The notes under the pieces were generated by a model, which was not told where the DNA came from, ran no database searches, and was given only the letters and a program-made list of their open reading frames with translations. The translations under genes and the position numbers were made by a program. Shown one piece after another: positions 8,635 to 17,221 of a DNA stretch of 18,642 nt. How positions within the stretch are numbered: the first letter of the stretch is position 1; each line of letters starts with the position of its first letter. Location: the NCBI GenBank assembly GCA_963663405.2, contig CAXXSM010000155.1, positions 1 through 18,642 of the forward strand. The letters run 5' to 3'. The stretch comes from a bacterium (GTDB lineage Bacteria > Hinthialibacterota > Hinthialibacteria > Hinthialibacterales > Hinthialibacteraceae).

Positions 8635-8673
8635 ATTTATTAAAATTTACAAAATGGAATCGCTCCGATCATT

Positions 8674-8716
8674 TTGATAGCCGCTCTATCAACACTCAAT
8701 ACTTCGGATATATAAT
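8674..8716 (+). promoter_or_regulatory. Candidate operator palindrome plus -10 box upstream of the plus-strand cluster
   Basis: TTGATAG-N5-CTATCAA (8674-8692) and a perfect TATAAT (8711-8716). No convincing -35 hexamer. GAGGAG RBS at 8773-8778. Confidence 0.45.
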
Positions 8717-8786
8717 AGGTCTCGTCTTATACTTTTTCGGCATCTTTGACCTTAAATCAAAATTATGTATACGAGGAGATTGGGAA

Positions 8787-9965
8787 ATGATAGAAAAACA
8801 AACCGCTGTTACCCGCCGTTCCTTTGTTCAAGCCACCACCGCCGGTTTGGCGGTGATGAGCGCCAAAACCGCGTTGGGCGCGTCTGCCAATTCCGCCATG
8901 ACGATCGGATTGATCGGCTGCGGCGGCCGTGGAAACCATGACGCTGGCAATTTCGTACGTCATACAAACAGCCGCGTCACAGCCCTCGCTGATTTCTACC
9001 AAGACCGAATCGACAGCACGAAACCGAAATTTTCGGACGGTGATCCAAAAACATTCGTTGGTTATCAAGCTTATAAAGACCTGCTGGCTACTGATGTGGA
9101 CGCTGTCATCATCACCAGCCCGCCCTATTTCCATCCAGAACATTTCGAAGCGGCTATGGACGCGGGGAAACACGTCTATCTGGAAAAACCGGTCGCGGTT
9201 GACACCGCCGGGGCGCATCGTGTGCTTAAAGCGGGAAAAAAAGCCGACGGAAAACTCACCGCGATGGTTGGATTTCAAACGCGATTCGCTCCTGATATGG
9301 TGGAAGCGGTCAAACGCGTACACGAAGGCGCGATTGGGGAGATTGTCTGTGGACACGGGCATTATCATTCCGGCTGGCTCGATCCCCGCCATAAGGAAAC
9401 TGAAAGCGCGCAGGACCAGCGTATTCGCAATTGGGTTTTCGATATTGTGCTTTCCGGCGATATCCTGGTTGAACAGAACATTCATATTCTCGATGTCTGC
9501 AATTGGATTATGGGTACGCATCCGGAGAAAGCCTACGGTACTGGGGGACGGAAAATCCGCACTGCTGTGGGTGACACCTGGGATCACTATGGTGTGACGT
9601 TCTGGTATCCGGGCGGTGTCGAACTCGTTTTCGCATCAACCCAGTTTCTCCGTCTTGGGTGGGGTGACGCGGGGGAACGTTTTAATGGATCAAAAGGCGC
9701 TTTCGACGCGCTCGTAGGGCACGCCAAGATTCGCGGGGATCAGGAATGGTCCTATAACGGTCCTGAAGCGGACAACGAAGCGCTCAAAGTTCAGGCGTTT
9801 CATAAAAGCGTCATGGACGGGAAATTTTACAATGAAATCCCGCAAGGCGTTGAATCCACCCTCACCGCGATTCTGGGCCGTTCATCCGCTTACCGTGGCT
9901 CCGAATATACCTGGAAACAGATGATGGATGAAAACGAATGTCTCGATGCGAATCTGAAATTGTAA
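8787..9965 (+). CDS. Tat-exported Gfo/Idh/MocA family NAD-dependent oxidoreductase
   Basis: 392 aa. TRRSFV twin-arginine signal, IGLIGCGGRG Rossmann motif, GKHVYLEKPVA, VGFQTR, SGDILVEQNIHILDVCNW. Confidence 0.92.
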   Translation: MIEKQTAVTRRSFVQATTAGLAVMSAKTALGASANSAMTIGLIGCGGRGNHDAGNFVRHTNSRVTALADFYQDRIDSTKPKFSDGDPKTFVGYQAYKDLLATDVDAVIITSPPYFHPEHFEAAMDAGKHVYLEKPVAVDTAGAHRVLKAGKKADGKLTAMVGFQTRFAPDMVEAVKRVHEGAIGEIVCGHGHYHSGWLDPRHKETESAQDQRIRNWVFDIVLSGDILVEQNIHILDVCNWIMGTHPEKAYGTGGRKIRTAVGDTWDHYGVTFWYPGGVELVFASTQFLRLGWGDAGERFNGSKGAFDALVGHAKIRGDQEWSYNGPEADNEALKVQAFHKSVMDGKFYNEIPQGVESTLTAILGRSSAYRGSEYTWKQMMDENECLDANLKL

Positions 9966-9972
9966 AAAAACG

Positions 9973-11166
9973 ATGAAGAAGGAGCTGGACATGGAATCAA
10001 TGGAACGGCGTGATTTTTTTAATACGATAGGCGCGGTTTCTCTCGGTGCGGCGGCGTGTGGCGCATTGGCGTCCACAAGCGCTGCGCAGGAGAAACCGGA
10101 AGAAAAAAAATGGGTACCTATCTCTGATCGAAAAGTACGTGTAGGGATTGTTGGGTATGGCGTCTGCAAGTTCGGCGCGCAATTCGGATTCCAAGATCAC
10201 CCGAATGTGGAAGTTGTAGCGGTAAGTGACCTGATTCCCGAACGGCGCGAAGGATTGAAGAAAGCGTGCCGCTGTGATAAATCGTACGATTCGTTGGAAG
10301 AATTAATCAAAGATCCAACGATCGAAGCAGTCTTCGCCGCGACCGACGCGCCCAGCCACGCTAGGCACTGTATTGATACGCTTAATCATGGCAAACATGT
10401 CATGTCGGCGGTGCCTGCGGTCTATGGCTCATTGGAGGACGCCGAGCGATTGGTGGAAGCCGTACAGCGGACTGGACTCAAATATATGATGGCGGAGACG
10501 AGCTGCTACCGAGCGGATTGTCACGCTATGCGGCAAATCTACCAAGCCGGGGGATTCGGCAAACTCATCTATTCGGAAGGGGAATACTATCATTACGGTC
10601 CGACAACACTGGGATCATATAAGGAATGGCGGAAAGGATCACCGCCGCTCTGGTATCCAACACATTCGACGGCGTATTACATCGGTGTGACAGGCAAGCG
10701 GTTTACTTCTGTCTCCTGTGTGGGTTCAAGCGCCGGATTTGACGCTTATAAACCAGGCGCCAACCAGTACAACAACCGCTTCACCGATGAAGTGGCGTTG
10801 TTTCAAACCAGCGAAGGCGGGTCCTCGCGGATGCTCATGTGTAAAGGAATCAACGGTCTCGTTGTCGAAAGAGGACGGGTTTTCGGCGAACGCGGCTGGA
10901 TGGATGGTGTTGACTATCATGGGCAAATGGAATCGCTGCCTGATCTCTCCCGCCCCGTCTTGCCTCCGGGTGTTTCCGCTGGGGGGCATGGGGGATCTCA
11001 TGGCCGTCTCTCTAATGAATTTATTTCCGCCATACTCGAAGACCGCGAACCGTTGGTGAATGTCTATGAGGCCCTAGCCATGACCGTTCCAGGAATTATC
11101 GCGCACGACTCCGCGCTCAGAGATGGGGAGACATTAAAGATTCCGCAATACGATCGAACGGGGTGA
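9973..11166 (+). CDS. Tat-exported Gfo/Idh/MocA family protein with GH109-like motifs
   Basis: ERRDFF twin-arginine signal, VGIVGYG, GKHVMSAVPA, YSEGEYYH, WYPTHS, GGHGGSHG. The likely true start is ATG 9991, after AAGGAG. Confidence 0.88.
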   Translation: MKKELDMESMERRDFFNTIGAVSLGAAACGALASTSAAQEKPEEKKWVPISDRKVRVGIVGYGVCKFGAQFGFQDHPNVEVVAVSDLIPERREGLKKACRCDKSYDSLEELIKDPTIEAVFAATDAPSHARHCIDTLNHGKHVMSAVPAVYGSLEDAERLVEAVQRTGLKYMMAETSCYRADCHAMRQIYQAGGFGKLIYSEGEYYHYGPTTLGSYKEWRKGSPPLWYPTHSTAYYIGVTGKRFTSVSCVGSSAGFDAYKPGANQYNNRFTDEVALFQTSEGGSSRMLMCKGINGLVVERGRVFGERGWMDGVDYHGQMESLPDLSRPVLPPGVSAGGHGGSHGRLSNEFISAILEDREPLVNVYEALAMTVPGIIAHDSALRDGETLKIPQYDRTG

Positions 11167-11184
11167 GTTTCGATATCAGTTTTA

Positions 11185-11325
11185 GTCTGAATCTGGATAA
11201 CCAAGATGAAAAGGATAGCCAGGATAAAAAAACTGTGATTACTAATTTTACCATTTGATGATCAATATCACTCTGATAATACCTATCCAGTATATCCTGG
11301 TTGTCCTGGCCATCCGGATTCAGAC
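11185..11325. repeat. Intergenic inverted-repeat element with 42-bp arms made of 9-nt GGAT units (REP/MITE-like)
   Basis: Arms 11185-11226 and 11284-11325 match at 31/42 positions as reverse complements, with a 57-bp AT-rich spacer. Each arm is GTCTG plus four 9-nt units ending GGAT/AGAT/GGAC. Confidence 0.8.
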
Positions 11326-11387
11326 AAAAAAACGCAATTAATACATTAGTATTCACCGGTTTTCTATGTTGAATAGGAGCGCGGATT

Positions 11388-12878
11388 ATGAGTTTTAACA
11401 GACGCGGTTTTTTGAAAACCACCGTTTCAACGGCTGTTTCCCTGGGCGCGCTGACGGAATCGAGCGCGTGGAGTTCCAGGAAGCGGCGACCGAATATCCT
11501 CTGGATCGTGGGCGAAAATCTGAAACTTGATCTGGGCTGTTATGGCGCGAAGAACGTTCATACACCAAATCTTGACGCGCTTGCGTCCGATGGAGTCCGT
11601 TACACCCGTGTGTTTTCAACCTCGCCGGTCTGCGCGCCCAGCCGTTCCGCTATCATGACGGGCATGTACCAGACGTCGACTGACACTCATAACATGCGTT
11701 CGCATCGCGATGATGATTACCGGCTGCCCGCCGGCGTACGTCCGTTGACGCATTGGCTGCAAGACGCCGGATATTTTACAGCGAACATCAAAACAATCGG
11801 CGATCGTATTGTTGGCACCGGCAAACTGGATCTCAATTTTGTCAACGAAGGGCCGATTTATCAATCGAGTGATTGGTCTTCGTTGAAAACCAGTCAACCG
11901 TTCTTCGCGCAAATTAATATGCCGGAAGTGGAATACGATATCTATGACCGGAAATCAGCGGAAAAACCGCGCGTCAAATGGGTTGGAGAAGACGAGCATC
12001 CAAAGATCGCGACGCCGGAAAACGTCACGCCTCCACCTTACTACCCAGATCACGAAATTACGCGCCAAGAGTGGGCGCGATATTTAAATTCTGTGTCGGG
12101 CATGGATGTTCGAATTGGATGGATTCTCGATCGGCTGCGTAAGGATGGATTAGCGGACGATACGATTATCGTCTTCTTTGCCGATAATGGTCGATTGGAA
12201 GCGCGAGGGATTCATTGGTGTTGGGATACGGGGCTGCATGTGCCAATGATCATTCATTGGCCGAAAAATTTTCCCCCGCCTCCACAATACAAACCCGGCG
12301 CCGTTAATGGGGATGTGATCAGTTTACTCGATATTACGGCCACAACACTTTGGATGGCCGGAATATCACGTCCCTTGGGAATGCAGAGCCGTCTCTTTTT
12401 AGGGGAGCGCGCCGATCCGCCCAGGACTTATGCTTTCAGCGCGCGCGACCGGATCGATGAAACCGTTAACCGGATCCGGTCTGTCCGCGAACGGCGGTAT
12501 CATTACTTACGGAATTACATGCCCGAACAGGGATTCGCGTCCTTAAACCGTTATAAAGAAAAATGTTTTCTAGTGAAGCCGCTCATGCGTGAGCTACTCG
12601 CGCAAGGAAAACTGACCGGACCTCCAGCGGAATTGATGAAGCCGGCGCCTCCTGAGCAGTTATACGACACGGAAAACGATCCTCACGAGATTCGAAACCT
12701 TGTGGATTCCACCGATCTAGCGCATAGGGAAGCGCTAACGCGTCTCCGGGCCGCGTTGGATACCTGGATAGTGGAAACAGGAGATCAAGGATATTGGCCC
12801 GAACCTCCCGAAATCGTTGCGCCTTTTGAACGAGAGATGCATGAATGGTTTGGAACACCCGAATGGTATTCGAAATAA
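11388..12878 (+). CDS. Tat-exported Cys-type sulfatase, sulfamidase (N-sulfoglucosamine sulfohydrolase)-like subgroup
   Basis: 496 aa. NRRGFLK signal, PNILWIVGEN, CAPSRSAIMTGMY, PPYYPD, FFADNG, GLHVPMII, ARDRIDE, EQLYDTENDPHE. AGGAG RBS. Confidence 0.92.
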   Translation: MSFNRRGFLKTTVSTAVSLGALTESSAWSSRKRRPNILWIVGENLKLDLGCYGAKNVHTPNLDALASDGVRYTRVFSTSPVCAPSRSAIMTGMYQTSTDTHNMRSHRDDDYRLPAGVRPLTHWLQDAGYFTANIKTIGDRIVGTGKLDLNFVNEGPIYQSSDWSSLKTSQPFFAQINMPEVEYDIYDRKSAEKPRVKWVGEDEHPKIATPENVTPPPYYPDHEITRQEWARYLNSVSGMDVRIGWILDRLRKDGLADDTIIVFFADNGRLEARGIHWCWDTGLHVPMIIHWPKNFPPPPQYKPGAVNGDVISLLDITATTLWMAGISRPLGMQSRLFLGERADPPRTYAFSARDRIDETVNRIRSVRERRYHYLRNYMPEQGFASLNRYKEKCFLVKPLMRELLAQGKLTGPPAELMKPAPPEQLYDTENDPHEIRNLVDSTDLAHREALTRLRAALDTWIVETGDQGYWPEPPEIVAPFEREMHEWFGTPEWYSK

Positions 12879-12981
12879 CTTGAAGGGTGTCTAAGCGTCT
12901 TAAAAGTGTTTGAAACTTTCGATTTGAGAGTACTATAAGTGTAGTTAATCGCAATAGTATTTTTTAAAGAAGGAAAACGCA

Positions 12982-14400
12982 ATGGATAGAAGAACATTTC
13001 TTAATGGCTCAATCGCAGCGGCTGCTTTGAGTTCGGTTCACACTGCCTCTTCAACGGAAGAACAATCAACAAAAGAGAACGCAAAGGAAAAAACGGTCAC
13101 GATTCAACGGCGGATTCCAGTACGTCATGAGGTGGATGTGTTCGTGGCCGGTGGTGGCCCCGCTGGAGTGGCCGCGTCCGTCGCGGCGGCGCGTTTAGGG
13201 CTTCGCGTGTTTATGGCGGAGCGTCAAAATTGTTTTGGCGGGATGGGAACCGCCGCTCTCGTTCCTGTGTTTCAAAATTTCGGAGATGGAGTTAATCTCC
13301 TCGTTGGCGGCGCTGGGTACGATGTTCTGAAACGGCTTCAAGAAGCGGGGGGAACGGGCCCTACGAGCAGTGTGACTATCCGGGCGGAGGTATTGAAACG
13401 CGTATACGACCAGATTGTCCGCGAGGCGGGAGTGCAATTCACTTTTGAAACCCAGCTCATTGATCTCGAAACTGAATCGGATCGAATCAATCTGGCGATT
13501 CTTGCCGCGAAGAGCGGCGTTTTCGCTGTGAAGGCAAAGTACTTCATCGATTGTACCGGTGATGGGGATCTATGCGCGTGGGCCGGCGCCCCTTATGAAC
13601 AAGGAGATAAAGACGGGAATGTTATGGCCGGCACACTGTGCAGCGTCTGGGCCGATATCGATTGGGACGCGGCGCGTAAATTCGGTATGGGAAAACAGGA
13701 ATCGCTGCTTCCCACCGCATTCAAAGATCATGTTTTCACAAAAGAGGATCGTCATCTTCCCGGAATGTATCGTGTCGGGAATGAATTGGGTGGAGGAAAC
13801 ATCGGCCATACGTTTGGTGTGGATGGAACCGATGAACGTTCTGTCACGGAAGCGTTGGTGTGGGGCCGTCAACTCCTTACTGAATATGAACGGTATTATA
13901 AGGAATATCTTAAGGGCTATGAGAAAATGGAACTGGTCACCACCGGTTCAGCGCTGGGAGTCCGGGAGACCCGCCGGATCATGGGGGAATACGTGTTAAA
14001 CTTAAACGATTTCAAAGAACGCGCTGTGTTTGATGATGAAATCGGCCGTTATTCCTATCCTGTGGATATCCATGCGTCCCGTTCGGGAGATCAAGCCTAT
14101 CAAGAGTATAAAGTGGATTTCGATACCCTTCGTTATAAGAAAGGGGAGAGTTACGGTGTTCCCTATCGAACATTGATTCCAAAAAAACTGTCCAATGTCT
14201 GGGTCGCCGGACGTTGTGTGAGTACGGACCGTTATATGCAGAGTTCCATTCGAGTCATGCCCGGCTGTTATCTTACCGGTCAAGCGGCGGGAACCGCTGC
14301 CGCCCTCGCTGTGAAGAAAAAGACCGATACGCGGGGGGTGTCTGTTTCTGAATTGCAGTCCCTGCTCAAGAAGGCAGGGATGTATCTGCCCAACTGTTAA
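12982..14400 (+). CDS. Tat-exported FAD-dependent oxidoreductase (FAD_oxidored-type)
   Basis: 472 aa. DRRTFL signal, DVFVAGGGPAGVAAS dinucleotide-binding motif, GGMGT, IDCTGDGD, GVRETRRIMGEY, VPYRTLIP, AGRCVS, GQAAGTAAAL. Confidence 0.9.
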   Translation: MDRRTFLNGSIAAAALSSVHTASSTEEQSTKENAKEKTVTIQRRIPVRHEVDVFVAGGGPAGVAASVAAARLGLRVFMAERQNCFGGMGTAALVPVFQNFGDGVNLLVGGAGYDVLKRLQEAGGTGPTSSVTIRAEVLKRVYDQIVREAGVQFTFETQLIDLETESDRINLAILAAKSGVFAVKAKYFIDCTGDGDLCAWAGAPYEQGDKDGNVMAGTLCSVWADIDWDAARKFGMGKQESLLPTAFKDHVFTKEDRHLPGMYRVGNELGGGNIGHTFGVDGTDERSVTEALVWGRQLLTEYERYYKEYLKGYEKMELVTTGSALGVRETRRIMGEYVLNLNDFKERAVFDDEIGRYSYPVDIHASRSGDQAYQEYKVDFDTLRYKKGESYGVPYRTLIPKKLSNVWVAGRCVSTDRYMQSSIRVMPGCYLTGQAAGTAAALAVKKKTDTRGVSVSELQSLLKKAGMYLPNC

Positions 14401-14501
14401 TCCTGATCTGTTAAGTAACCATTCGATCAACACGATATCAGCAATTGCATGTTTTCATCCTTCTACGAATGAATCTATGAGTTGTCGTTCCGGAGATTGA
14501 T

Positions 14502-17188
14502 ATGAAGAATTTCCTTCTATTATTACTTATTTTGTTGTGCGCTGGTCCAGTTAGTCATGGATTAGATATTGGAGCGTTCACAGTTTTCGGGTGCGATTCG
14601 AATGGCGCGCAAGACGGCCACGCTCGATGGAACACTGGGCCCGTTGATGCCTGTTGGGATCTATTTGTATACAAGGGTGGATTTGCGCGGGATCGGTCCC
14701 AAGTAAGTTGGTTGAATGATCCCAACACGCGAGAGGTGATGCTGACGCTGGGCCCGGGAAGCGCGACGTATACATTTCATTTTGACAGCGATACGGATGT
14801 TCGTACTTTTGGCTTGAACTTATTTGGTGTGGACCGGAGTGAACCGGTGATATCCGTGTTTGCGCCGGTCACACTGGACGCGGACGAACCGGCTCCATTT
14901 CAAGTGAATTGTTCTAATCACACAATGGGATGGCCGTTGCGTGATACGCCTGGAGCGGGTGTTTTGAGTTATTCAGGCGCCAGGGATTCATTGTGGATTC
15001 ACGAATCCAGTTCGGACGAGAAACGGTATACGATCACAGATTTTAAAATACTCACTCCCGAAGCGGCGGGAAATGTGGATTTCGTTGGACCAGGCGAGAC
15101 AGAAGCAAGTGGCCGCGCTGATTACGTAGGGCAATTCACAATCACACAGGAACCGGATGACTCGGCGCCGCCGGATTGGCTGTTATGGCTTGGAACGGTG
15201 GGCGCCATGAAAATTGGTCCAAACAACCGGGACGGCGCATGGCGCCGGAAATATGAGACCGCGAATGTTCCTCCTTCATTTTCATTTCTCTATGATGGAC
15301 AATCATCGGATGGATTCTTAAACGATTGGACATTCGAAGAGGAGCATAAACCGCTGGATGAAAATCGTATTTCCCATCAACTGACATGGCTGGATTCAGA
15401 AACCGGCTTAGAAGTATGTTGGAAAGGTCTGGAATACACGGATTACGAAAGTATTGAGTGGACAATATATCTAAGAAATACAGGCGATGCGGAAACCCCG
15501 ATTATCGAAGAGATCAAAGCGTTGAATGTGGACTTACGCCGAAACCGTAACCAGGAATACACGTTGCGTCACTGGAAAGGAACAGATGTTAAAGCAGGTG
15601 ATTACGCTCCCATGAAAACGGCTCTGGACGCAGGGAAACAATTGACATTCCGGCCAACTGGTGGGCGGATGACGGGAACCGCCGGAGAATGGCCGTATTA
15701 CAACCTGGACGCCGGAGACGAAGGGATAATTTTTGTTGTTGGCTGGCCGGGCCGCTGGTTTATTGATTTCAATCGGGATAATAACTCTGGTTTGCGAGTG
15801 ATGGCTGGACAGGAAGTTACGCATTTCAAACTGCGTCCTGGAGAAATTGTTCGCACGCCGTTGATTGTGATGCAATTCTGGCGGGGGGGCGATTGGATTG
15901 ACGCGCAAAACGTCTGGCGGCAATGGATGATTGAGCATAACATTCCCCGCCGCAAGGGCGAAATGTTGCCTCTTCCAATGCTGAACGCTTGTAGTTCGCA
16001 CCAATTCGCGGAAATGACCAAAGCCAACGAGAAGAATCAAATCGAGTTTATCGATTCGTATCTGAAGAAAGGATTTAAACTGGATCATTGGTGGATGGAC
16101 GCGGGTTGGTATGTAGGCGCCGCTGAAAAAGGTTGGCCGTGGACCGGCACATGGGAAGTAGACCGCCGCGAACATCGGTTCCCAAACGGCTTGCGGGCGG
16201 TCAGCGATCACGCCCATCGTAAAGGAGTGGATATCATCGTTTGGTTTGAACCGGAGCGTGTGGCGGCGGGGACATGGCTTGCGTCCGAACATCCGGAGTG
16301 GGTTCTCGGAGGGACGAACGGCGGTTTATTAAATCTAGGCGATGCAGGCGCGTGGGATTGGGTTGTGAATCACATCGACCGGATAATCACCGATGAAGGG
16401 ATCGATTTATACCGGCAGGATTACAATATCGATCCCTGGCCGTATTGGGTGAAAAATGATACACAAGACCGGCGGGGAATCACAGAAAATAAATATGTGA
16501 TGGGGTATCTGGCGTTTTGGGATGAACTGCAACGGCGGCATCCAGGCATGGTGATTGATTCGTGCGCATCGGGTGGACATCGCAACGATTTGGAAACCAT
16601 GCGCCGCGCGGTTCCCTTACTGCGGAGCGATTATTTATTTGAACCGGTTGGCCAACAGGGGCAAACGTACGCCTTATCGTTTTGGCTGCCGTTTCATGGA
16701 ACGGGGTATTGTCCATCGAATTCATCCGGCTGGGGCTGGGGAACAGGCGCAAAGTCGTATGAACCCTATATCCGCCGGAGCAATATGTGTCCTAGCAATA
16801 TAGCGTGTTTTGATTTCCGGTGGAAGTGGATGACACGCTGCTCATGAAACTGTATCAGGAATGGCTGGAAATCGGCCGTGATTATTTCGGTGACTATTAT
16901 CCATTAATCCCATATAATCTATCTTCTACAGAATGGCTGGCATGGCAATTTAATTGTCAAGATACGCGAGAAGGTTTTGTGCAGGCTTTCCGCCGCGATC
17001 AATGCGTCTATACAAAGGCGCAGCTGCCTTTGCGGGGATTGGACGCTGGGGCGGTATACCGGATTAAAAATTATGACACGCCCAATCAAATACAAATATC
17101 TGGTAAGGAATTAATGGAAAGTGGATTAAACATTGAGATTCCTAGCAAGCCCGGCGCCGCGACAATTCAGTATCAAAAACTGCAGTAA
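14502..17188 (+). pseudogene. Secreted GH36 alpha-galactosidase-like glycosidase split by a one-base frameshift near 16819; pseudogene or sequence error
   Basis: ORF 14502-16847 has a signal peptide, WWMDAGW, WFEPERV, YRQDYN (nucleophile Asp), IDSCASGGHRND and LRSD (acid/base Asp). ORF 16820-17188 encodes a GH36 C-terminal-like domain (GDYYPL, WLAWQF, LRGLD, SGKELM). Adding one G at 16819-16820 gives one 895-aa protein. Confidence 0.87.
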
Positions 17189-17221
17189 CTATGTATGAAT
17201 CACCGAGTGAAATCTGAGGAT

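Noticed and set aside
8763-9587. 274-aa minus-strand ORF
   Set aside because: Antisense shadow of the well-supported Gfo/Idh/MocA gene, with no recognisable motifs.
11185-11325. CRISPR interpretation of the periodic repeats
   Set aside because: Units are 9 nt, abutting and inverted between arms, with no unique spacers and no cas genes.
11117-11422. 101-aa minus-strand ORF across the 9-nt repeat element
   Set aside because: It overlaps both neighbouring genes, and its QD/SWL periodicity simply reflects the 9-nt DNA repeat.
12880-12920. Loose AAG(T/C)GT(C/T)T-like repeats after the second sulfatase
   Set aside because: Too degenerate and irregularly spaced to distinguish from chance.
15534-16292. 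252-aa minus-strand ORF
   Set aside because: Antisense shadow of the GH36 catalytic region, with no independent evidence.
17189-17221. Bidirectional terminator between the convergent GH36 and Gfo genes
   Set aside because: Only a 4-bp stem (TCAC-cga-GTGA) and no U-tracts.
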